Notes under the pieces: model-generated
Told to the model about the DNA's origin: nothing
What the model saw: only the letters and a program-made list of their open reading frames with translations
The model's database searches: none
NCBI GenBank assembly: GCA_024626585.2
Contig: JANKJI020000002.1
Coordinates: forward strand, 205,526,932 to 205,546,977
Length of the DNA stretch: 20,046 bases
Direction of reading: 5' to 3'
From: Ginkgo biloba
Taxonomy: Eukaryota > Plantae > Ginkgophyta
In this document: positions 11,078-20,046 of the stretch, piece by piece
Position numbering within the stretch: position 1 is the first letter of the stretch
Layout of the letters: every line of letters begins with the position of its first letter
Program-made: the position numbers and the translations under genes

Positions 11078-12384
11078 AAACCAGGCAAGGCTGTGAGATT
11101 ATATAAGTGCGTTCACATTGTTGCTGCCTTGTTTTCTCTCTTCAAATATGTACACGTAATATACGTATTGTTGCAACTCTATCCCGTGGCATATTCTTAT
11201 GTGTGAATTTCGTCCACGTTAATATCTCTCTATCTCTCTCTGAAATATCTGCAAGGATTCTGTGATATAGTGTGGTTAATAAAGTTAGAGAGATTGTTTC
11301 AAAAATCTCTGATATATGTCCACGAAAAAATCCTTAAAATTATTGAAAGAGTACCGCTTATTGTAAGCTGAATGCGCTCTTGGCGTACAAAGGCGTAATT
11401 TGTGCTGTATATTTCAGTATAGTCATATGTTGAATCATCTCTATGTTTTATTAGTAAAATTTCATTTAGTTCAGTGGGAACGGATATTTAATCTGTGTAT
11501 TTTGGGGGACTTGTCTCTCTTGTGGCACATCACTAATATCTTTATCAGTCTTCAATTTTAGTTTTTGCTTTTGTTTTTCATTTTTTGTGTTAACACGGAA
11601 GGGACTCGCCACCACGTCACTGTTGTTGTTTATTCAGTGAAATATAATTTATTTATATCTTTTTCTTTTTTTCGTAATGAGTCATATTTATCTTTTTATT
11701 CACTCAAAAAAACAAGAAATATGTATATATATATATAAAAGTTTTGAGACCGTTGCTATGTAATAATTTTGAAGTCCAAAACATTCCTTCTATTTATTTT
11801 ATGAAAATTTCAGAGCTTTAGTTTATACTTTGGTAATCAAAATTATATTTAATAAATAAATAAATTTCATGAGTCTACATGAGGTGTTGTTTCCTCCATA
11901 TCTTCACAATTTCTTGATTGTAATAGTTATATAAGGGATAGCAATTTATCTTTATGTGCTTCAATTTTAGTTGTGCTTATACTCTTGTTATGTGGTGCTC
12001 TAACAACATTTGTGCTAACTCCTCTTTTACACATCATTATTTTCTTGAATGATTGTCTATATGTACTTTAATCCCATTCTTTTGAAGAAATATTAGATTT
12101 GTAGGTACTTTTGTCCTCGCCTAATATAGGTTGGATTTAATGAAGAAGGATAATTATCAACATCGATCTTCACAGTGGCAAGAAGATGATAATTACATAA
12201 AGAAGCTATACTATTGGTAAAAAAAAATCAGCTTTGTTTTACTACTAGGGTTGGAGACCAAAAAGTTTATGGTTCCCTTTTAGGGACCTAGGGACAAGAG
12301 ATTAACCACAAGATGTACATTTACTTTAAACTCTTAAAGTTTTATAATTTTGGCTAAGAAATGTACTAGTCGAAAGAATTTAAT

Positions 12385-12606
12385 TAAATCATGAGAAAAT
12401 CTTGAAATCACGCGAAAATCCTCGTTTTCTAGAACTTGGGAAAATGGTGCAATATGTGCAAATGATGCATCAAGCACCACAAACTGCCAAAGTGGATTAA
12501 AGTTCAAAACTAATAGAAATTGGCTAAATCTCGAAGAAATCCAAAAATTGGCTAAATTGTGAAGAAGTCATGATAAAATCCCCAAATCACGAGAAAATCC
12601 CCATTT
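12385..12606. repeat. Cluster of imperfect direct repeats, possibly the subterminal region of a DNA transposon
   Basis: AAATCATGAGAAAATCTTGAAATCACGCGAAAATCC (~12386-12420) resembles AAGTCATGATAAAATCCCAAATCACGAGAAAATCC (~12565-12600). AAATTGGCTAAAT...GAAGAA occurs twice (~12517, ~12544). The transposon identity is an inference. Confidence 0.5.
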
Positions 12607-13779
12607 GACCTAAAATGGTCAATATGACATGCAAACGCCTTGAGCAAATTCAAGTTACCATTTCATCCCTCTTTTGAAAGTTTGAAGAAACATTTTTTTA
12701 ACTAAATTCGATAGTTACCAATAGAGACAATAGAAAGTTCAAAAGTGGGGGTTCTTTTGGTCTTCAATTGGGTTCTACTTCAATTCTTATTCAAAGATAG
12801 TCTTTAGTGATTGAGATTTTCAAAAGTAGAGGCTTCTTCCTTACCAATTAAAAGATTGCAATTCAACTAAGCGTTAGCTTGTCATTCCTTTTTAATGTAC
12901 TAAGCAATATCCTACAATTATACCAGGCATAAGCCGATAATTTCTCCAAGCATTATCTTTTGACTCCATTAACAAATGTAAGCTAATCCTCCTATGTGGA
13001 AATACTCTATGCACTCTTATTTTTAATCCCATTTCAAGGGAGAGACAACTACATAATTAGTGGACTATCATTCTACCTCTTACTTTATTTAAAAAGTAAT
13101 TTTATTCTATTATGAATATGATTTCTCATTATGAATAATTAGAGCATTTAGATCTGATGTTAGTAATGGGATCTATGACTTAAGAGTAGATACCAACACT
13201 ATAGTAGTTATTGGCGATAAGGGTGATGATAGAAAAATTAATAACAGTTATGAGAGTGAGCCACGATGTGGAGCCACTACAGGCGATGCCAAAGGACTGG
13301 TTAAAAGAGGGGGTGGTGGCACTATCACCACTAGCTAAACCATAGGTGGTGTTTAACTAGTTACCTTATCCAGTTGAGTAATAAGTACTACCTAAGGAGC
13401 TTTAATAACACTTGGGAAGATCATTGCCACTAAGGGTGTAATAGAGGAACTTTGTATACCAATGCCTAAAGGATTAGAGTCCATTAGTATATCGATGAAG
13501 ATGTCATTCCTGACCTTAATATTCTTAGTAGCGTAGATGACATCAATGATGACAAAGTTCCTAATTGTTCCCTACAAGAAAGGGCATGTTGGACAACCAC
13601 TTGTACCAAAAATAATTGCACATGTATCTCTAATACAACTTTCTCCAATTGGCTTAACATGATTAAGGCATCTAGTGCCTTTGAATGCATTACAGTTGAT
13701 AACCCTTCTCATAACACAGTCTTCTACAAGGCCTCATCCAAATCTTTAATCAAATAACCAGGCCATTTACAGTAGATGA

Positions 13780-14580
13780 TCAACATCTAATTGTTATTCC
13801 CATAGGACTTATAATTACTTCGATATGTAGGAAACCAAGGCAAATTCCATTAATGCTCTCTATATTATCCTTTTCTCTAATTAAGANNNNNNNNNNNNNN
13901 NNNNNNNNNNNNNNNNNNNNNNNNNNNNNNNNNNNNNNNNNNNNNNNNNNNNNNNNNNNNNNNNNNNNNNNNNNNNNNNNNNNNNNTCTAAACTTTTTGA
14001 AACAAATACCATAGCACATCTATAGACAAAGTATATAATAGGGGAGCAAGTGGGCAAACCTGGCAAATTGACCTTTGGAAAGGGATCAACTTTCATACTT
14101 CTCTATTAACCACAACATAAGTTGTGGCATTAGTGAATGACATCCTTACTGCATTACAAAAATAAGTTCCAAATCCAATCTTACTTAATATTACAAGAAT
14201 AATGTCCTACTGCACTTTATCATAATTTTTTTCAAAGTTAATCTATAGAAAGAGAGTAGGTTGTTGTGATTCTCACTCACTTTATTATCATTTTTTTCAA
14301 AGTTAATCTATAGAAAGAGAGTAGGTTGCTGTGATTCTCACTCGCACTTTATGCCTTTATTCATAGCCAAAATATTTCTAGAATGCAACCACCTTTAATG
14401 AAACCTATTTATTTTGGTTTAACAATTTGTTTGAGCGCATGCCTAATTCTCAAGCCCAAGACTTTAGAGATAATCTTGTAAGAAACATTAAGCAATGTTA
14501 TAGGTCTCCATCCTCCCACAGATTCAAGGTTACCATGTTGCTTAGAAACCAATTTAATGATGGTACCCAAACCACCATCA
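13780..14580 (-). mobile_element. Second degenerate L1-clade LINE RT remnant
   Basis: Minus strand reads IIKLVSKQHGNLESVGGWRPITLLNVSYKIISKVLGLRIRHALKQIVKPK*IGFIKGGCILE, then YDKVQ*DII, then RSICQVCPLAPLLYTLSIDVLWYLFQ. Bases 13996-14422 align by eye to 3029-3390. The part left of the gap (13780-13886) is less certain. Confidence 0.9.
14213..14342. repeat. 65-bp tandem duplication inside the LINE remnant
   Basis: 14213-14277 and 14278-14342 are near-identical. CACTTTAT occurs at 14213, 14278 and 14345. Confidence 0.95.
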
Positions 14581-15777
14581 AAGGCATATGTGCATATTAT
14601 TATGTACTAATAATGGGGATAAAGCAATGACATATTAGATACAAGCACTTCATAAAGTGTTAACACAAATAATACTTGTCCATGTTATTCTTAAGAAATA
14701 TGGTTCTTTCTCCCATAATCTAATATAATACTTCATTTTCTTAAATATGATTCATTCGTCATTTCACAATACGCATGCACATGTACATGTGTACATACAC
14801 GCATGCATGTGTGTAAGAAGTTTTATGACTTAGATAAAATAACCCCTTTTGGTAGGTATAAACTATAATGTTTAATGAGGATTTTATGGGTATTATTGCT
14901 TACATAGTTGTCATGAAAACGTGTGTGTGTCCCCATGAAGTTAGCTATCTCATGAACCCTTGTTTAATTTATAAATATGAATATTTGATAGGCCCATTAC
15001 AATAAAAAATAAGAGCCATGTGGTGCCAAGTCTTTTCTTTTAAACAATTCCTACATGGCACAACAACACAATAATANNNNNNNNNNNNNNTATAAATTTG
15101 TGTAGAATATAGCAAAAAAGGTCCCTACCCCTAAAAGTAGGGAGCCACGATGGTAAAAAAATAACTCAAAATTTTGTCATCTAACAAAATTACATGGTAC
15201 TTAATTGCTTTGAGTATATACCAAGAATCCTCCCCCATCAAAAAAAAGAGACAAAAGTAGTTACACAATAGTATCATTCTCTTGTCTTTAATAGTTGGCC
15301 CGATGTTGAGTAGTAAGTATGTGAATTTAAACTAAAGTAAGCAATTACTCACATAGACGAATGAATGTAAATATTGAATAATACCATTACACTTCAATTG
15401 TCTCTCTCTCTTGGTAGAGTTTGATTATGAGAACAGTAACATGTGAGAGTGGGTCATCTCTTCTTCTAGGAATTGATGGTCGGCCAAATAGATTTGTTCA
15501 ATAGTTTAAAATTCTACAATAATAATAATAATTTAAAATTATAATATTTCTCTTTAATAGCAATACATAAAACTTTTATCGCAATCAATCAATGTGGATG
15601 AGTTTGTTATGGTATACACATCCCACAACAAAATGCAGTTAGCGCTCTGAACATTATACCAACACTAAATCACTTCCATATTTCTTTGTATATCTCGGCT
15701 ACTTCAACCTCTTCAACTGCCTGAAAAACACAGACTGCTGTAGAATGCGATTTTAAGTCTGATCAGACCATCAGACA

Positions 15778-16080
15778 ATGGCAGCACCGAGCACACTCCC
15801 AATATCTTCACAGAACCCAGTGGCAATTGCCTCCACCCCCGCTGCCAGAGCCTTCTTCTCTCGCCTCTCAGAGGGAGCGCGGAATGCATTATCCCAGCGC
15901 AGACCATGGCTGGAGCTCGTAGATCGGAACTCTTTAGCCAAACCAGAGTCCCTCTCAGAAGCAACCGCAAGGATCCGCAAGAATTGGGCTTATTTCCGCA
16001 TCAATTATGTCTTATTATTGTCTGGTGTGCTCGCCTTTAGTCTGCCATGGTGCGTAAATTTACGCGCGGCTACCCTGTAA
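15778..16080 (+). CDS. PRA1: PRA1 family protein (prenylated Rab acceptor 1, B-type), N-terminal half only; first exon or truncated copy
   Basis: MAAPSTLPIS...STPAARAFFSRLSEGARNALSQRRPWLELVDRNSLAKPESLSEATARIRKNWAYFRINY..LLSGVLAFSL closely matches plant PRA1.B proteins (TLPIS, STPAFR, SQRRPWLELVDR, PESL, RIRxNxxYFxVNY). Homology ends at about 16049, at CCATG|GTGCGT. The C-terminal ~110 aa are not seen in the ungapped sequence. Confidence 0.85.
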   Translation: MAAPSTLPISSQNPVAIASTPAARAFFSRLSEGARNALSQRRPWLELVDRNSLAKPESLSEATARIRKNWAYFRINYVLLLSGVLAFSLPWCVNLRAATL

Positions 16081-16208
16081 TTGCTTTTAACTGCTATGAT
16101 GAGTAGTAGGGGTTGTAACTTGTAGGCCACTATTCCTGATCCTTTCCCTCTCTGTCATTTCGATCTCTGGCTGTGTGTCTCACTCCCATAGCTTTACATG
16201 TCTCAAAT

Positions 16209-16218
16209 GACACGTGGC
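16209..16218 (+). promoter_or_regulatory. G-box/ABRE consensus GACACGTGGC
   Basis: Exact match to the bZIP-bound ABRE (ACGTGGC) with a CACGTG core, in CpG-retaining sequence. Function is unproven. Confidence 0.35.
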
Positions 16219-16664
16219 TCGTGTCTTCCCGTGCTGTAGACCCATTTTCAGTATTTCGCGTAGGTTAGTATGTCACTATAGTTGTTTAATCAATTAGTTA
16301 GTTTTGCTTGAATCAATGATTACGATTCTTCTTTTTTTTAATTTATTGAAAATTAATACTTTAAAATTTAATTTATGTTTTTTCCTATTTTTTAACTAGT
16401 GCTTGCCAATATCAAGTAATTGACACAGTAAAGATAGAGAACAATTCGCAAATAATGGAAATCAAGAAACTAAGCAATATCAAGTCTCCAATGCATGAAT
16501 AAAATTTCAAAAAATCAATATATTTCACAATATTTTTTTCGGATGAGTTTGAAAATGAGTTCAANNNNNNNNNNNNNNNNNNNNNNNNNNNNNNNNNNNN
16601 NNNNNNNNNNNNNNNNNNNNNNNNNNNNNNNNNNNNNNNNNNNNNNNNNNNNNNNNNNNNNNNN

Positions 16665-17460
16665 TACGGTTGCCTTGGATAAAAAAAAAAACTGCATTAG
16701 GGTTTCTGTGTTTTTTTTTGTTTTTTTGCAAGTAGGGTTATGTATGTTCGATTTTTGCTTTCATACAAAATGAATAAAATTTAAGCCATATCTTCCTTTT
16801 CTTTTATTTTTTACACTGCAATAGATTCTGCAACAAATATTAATGTAAATGACGGTTTCTCCCATTTTTCTGTAGACAGGTGTATGTATTTTACAGGTTT
16901 CTCCTGTGCTCCATTAAAGTAATGGAAATAAACAATTCAATCCATATAGTGTTTTTATGCCTTTTTGAACTGAGAATAAATTTATGTATGTTCAATTTCG
17001 CTTAAATATAGCCTAGATCTGGGTTTATTCTGATGTTGGCTAATTCATACAAGTTCACTTTGGGTGCCTTAAGTAAATTGAAAATATATATATCAGAAAA
17101 CAATTCGATCCATGATCATTTGTGGATCAATGTGTTAAAACTCTTAGATCAGTTCTTCCTCTATTGAAATACGGTTCTTACTTCTTAAGATCTGGTGAGC
17201 ATGTTGAGACAAATCGATCTTTCTGAGGAATTATACATCAAAACGAATTTTGTCCTTGGGAGATGTAATTGGGTTTTTCATTGTGGGGAGAAAAGAGATA
17301 TTCAGATCTGTTGCAATTTGGGCGCTATCCACATCATTCATTCATTTCTTTTTGCACTTCTGTAGGAGAAATCAGAGAAGAAATCTTACCTACATGATGG
17401 GTTCCCTTATTCTTATGTAAATAGGTGTATTTATTATTAGGGTTTCTCCTATCATCGATT
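16665..17460 (+). other. Probable promoter-proximal intron or 5' region of a plus-strand gene
   Basis: T-rich plus strand, telo-boxes TTAGGGTTT at 16697-16705 and 17437-17445, eight GATC between 17016 and 17308, and a strong polypyrimidine-TGTAG acceptor ending at 17365. Confidence 0.5.
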
Positions 17461-17899
17461 GAAAGAATGGAAATAAATTTAATAAAACAATGCAGCACGC
17501 ATNNNNNNNNNNNNNNNNNNNNNNNNNNNNNNNNNNNNNNNNNNNNNNNNNNNNNNNTATCTGGGTTTATCATGTTTAATGCTAATAGGTTTATCCAAGT
17601 TCAATTTAAGAAAATAAAAAAAAAAATTTCAGCACATCAATCTAACCTCTTGTCACTTCTCGTATTGGAATAGGGTTCTGATTGGTTCAAAGTTGAACTA
17701 GTGAGCGTGATCAAGCAAACCAATCCTGCTATGGATCTATAAATATAATTATAATTTGCCAGGGGAGAAGTATTTGGTTTTTCCAGTTGGGGGAGATTCT
17801 AGATTTTCAGGTCTGCTGCAATTTCAGCTCCTTTCAAAGACTCCTCCATGTTCAGTTCATGCATCTTCTTGCTTCTGCAGCAATATGGATGACAGCAGA

Positions 17900-18195
17900 A
17901 CTATCTCTCATTTCATTGCTCTTAAAGTCATTTTGCTTCATCTTTGTTTCTTTTAGGGATGGTTTCTTTCCAGAATTCTGGAAACCATTTATTTAATGGA
18001 TTGAAAATTTCTCATATATTTAATGGGATTCTGATTTTAATAAGGGGTGCATTTTCCTTGTAAGGACACTTTGTTTTATATGCTTCTATCTCAAAATGGT
18101 TTAGAGATTGTCCTTGTGAATTATATTTGATTTTAGCATATCGAACATTAACAGTTGGTTAATTCCAGAATACTATCTCTCATTTCATTGCTCTT
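17900..18195. repeat. 24-bp exact direct repeat whose second copy runs into a gap
   Basis: ACTATCTCTCATTTCATTGCTCTT at 17900-17923 and 18172-18195. Confidence 0.9.
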
Positions 18196-19213
18196 NNNNN
18201 NNNNNNNNNNNNNNNNNNNNNNNNNNNNNNNNNNNNNNNNNNNNNNNNNNNNNNNNNNNNNNNNNNNNNNNNNNNNNNNNNNNNNNNNNNNNNNNNNNNN
18301 NNNNNNNNNNNNNNNNNNNNNNNNNNNNNNNNNNNNNNNNNNNNNNNNNNNNNNNNNNNNNNNNNNNNNNNNNNNNNNNNNNNNNNNNNNNNNNNNNNNN
18401 NNNNNNNNNNNNNNNNNNNNNNNNNNNNNNNNNNNNNNNNNNNNNNNNNNNNNNNNNNNNNNNNNNNNNNNNNNNNNNNNNNNNNNNNNNNNNNNNNNNN
18501 NNNNNNNNNNNNNNNNNNNNNNNNNNNNNNNNNNNNNNNNNNNNNNNNNNNNNNNNNNNNNNNNNNNNNNNNNNNNNNNNNNNNNNNNNNNNNNNNNNNN
18601 NNNNNNNNNNNNNNNNNNNNNNNNNNNNNNNNNNNNNNNNNNNNNNNNNNNNNNNNNNNNNNNNNNNNNNNNNNNNNNNNNNNNNNNNNNNNNNNNNNNN
18701 NNNNNNNNNNNNNNNNNNNNNNNNNNNNNNNNNNNNNNNNNNNNNNNNNNNNNNNNNNNNNNNNNNNNNNNNNNNNNNNNNNNNNNNNNNNNNNNNNNNN
18801 NNNNNNNNNNNNNNNNNNNNNNNNNNNNNNNNNNNNNNNNNNNNNNNNNNNNNNNNNNNNNNNNNNNNNNNNNNNNNNNNNNNNNNNNNNNNNNNNNNNN
18901 NNNNNNNNNNNNNNNNNNNNNNNNNNNNNNNNNNNNNNNNNNNNNNNNNNNNNNNNNNNNNNNNNNNNNNNNNNNNNNNNNNNNNNNNNNNNNNNNNNNN
19001 NNNNNNNNNNNNNNNNNNNNNNNNNNNNNNNNNNNNNNNNNNTCTTTTTCTCTACTTGTTACTTGTGAGGAGTGGATGGTCATGCTCTCGCATGAATTAA
19101 ATTTGTATCCACTAATTGAAAAACCAAGCTGCGTTGATATTTGCTTTGGAATTTACAATGGAGCCTTTGATTTGCAATTTGAAGTCATTTAAAATAAATG
19201 TTGTGAAGAAACG

Positions 19214-19310
19214 GCATGTTAACTAAATTTGTACCTGGCTGTGATAAATTTGAAATCCTTAAAATTAAAATGTAGTTCAGAACTTGCATGTTTAATAAAT
19301 TTGTACCTGG
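19214..19310. repeat. 25-bp imperfect direct repeat with a 72-bp period
   Basis: GCATGTTAACTAAATTTGTACCTGG (19214-19238) and GCATGTTTAATAAATTTGTACCTGG (19286-19310). Confidence 0.85.
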
Positions 19311-20046
19311 TTTCCACATGTGTGTTAATACAAGCCTGACTGATCATAATTGTTTTGAGACATTGCGAGAGCATTCAATGTAAGAGTTTGTTGCCACTTG
19401 CTCAATTAGTTGGCAAGTAATGTGTAAAATCTGCTAAGAAGACCCAAGAGGACATTGATCATCTGGCTCACTGCCAAAATGATATTAAATGGCTTTACAC
19501 CGTGTTAGTTGCAACTTCTTGGGTTTCTTGTTCACCTTTCTTATATGAATGGGCAGCAAATTGTGCCAATTGTAATAGCCTTTTGTGCTTTGGCACTAGG
19601 CGATGGCTCTGGGGCCTACTGCTTGACATGAGAGTCATTATCTGCTATTTACTCCTGTGTATCCCTGCTCTCATATGCATGTGTTGGTACAACATGGAAG
19701 CTCTCATCCATTTCTTCATTTTGGCAGACTGCATTCTCTCTTGTATTCATCTTTTTCTGCTGGGTAGTTTTAGATTGATGTAGCTCTTAGATTGGAATGC
19801 TTTGAATGCTGTGCTTTGAGGTACTATCTCATGTTGTTTATTCAGTAGTCAAATTTACTGCTTATGGTGGTCATCCTTGGACAATAGTCACTGCACATTT
19901 TTTATCATTCATGCCAGTCCTGAATGTATGGAAGAGCAAGCCATTTATTAAAATTATGAAGTATAAGGATCATAGAAAAAATACATGACATACACCAGAA
20001 TAATCACATAAACATATGGAGAAATAAACATTTATTATCATGGTGG

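Noticed and set aside
11080-11132. Possible miRNA hairpin (CAAGGC...GCCTTG)
   Set aside because: Short stem with a large bulge and no match to a conserved plant miRNA I recognise.
12130-12217. Exon-like AG...GT segment with one open frame (LDLMKKDNYQHRSSQWQEDDNYIKKLYY)
   Set aside because: No recognisable homology or partner exons; compatible with chance or a TE remnant.
13200-13770. Degenerate coding-like, partly Pro-rich sequence on the minus strand, including track ORF 13484-13690
   Set aside because: Many stops and no assignable motif. Probably TE-derived, but this cannot be supported.
15122-15143. 7-bp hairpin TCCCTAC...GTAGGGA as a Helitron end
   Set aside because: No CTRR at the appropriate distance on either strand.
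15713-15980. Two minus-strand ORFs
   Set aside because: They are antisense shadows of the PRA1 coding region.
16096-16139. C/D snoRNA-like boxes (ATGATGA ... CTGA)
   Set aside because: Only ~44 nt apart, with no terminal stem or recognisable rRNA guide.
2283-19192. Long X-filled ORFs in the track (2283-2903, 4571-5383, 8699-9007, 18148-19192 and others)
   Set aside because: They are open only because N-runs contain no stop codons.
19502-19988. Hydrophobic ORFs, and SHPF / HPW words as possible PRA1 exon 2
   Set aside because: T-rich intron-like DNA with no AWxFLY, GRxFSD or HGAFR motifs in any frame examined.

Overview
AT-rich land-plant nuclear DNA from a gapped draft scaffold. The N-runs look like assembly gaps (four are exactly 100 N, probably of unknown true size), so the X-filled ORFs in the track are artefacts. 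The left ~15 kb is mostly decayed retroelements: an L1-type LINE ORF2 remnant on the minus strand (~1670-3390), a degenerate Ty3/gypsy gag-RT-RNaseH-integrase region on the plus strand (~4150-8708, interrupted at ~6626-7447), and a second LINE RT remnant (~13780-14580, minus) that shares inactivating lesions with the first. Two gene-like islands stand out. One is a CpG-retaining, stop-free 57-codon frame right after a gap (10904-11077), followed by a plausible 3' UTR; the ORF track missed it and it could be a small peptide gene. The other is the 5' half of a PRA1 (prenylated Rab acceptor, B-type) gene at 15778-16080 whose homology stops at a possible GT donor. Sequence from 16665 onward looks like a promoter-proximal intron (telo-boxes, GATC cluster). 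No clearly novel multi-gene system can be demonstrated. The orphan small ORF and the split or truncated PRA1 are the best leads. All assignments come from manual translation and remembered family motifs, not database searches.
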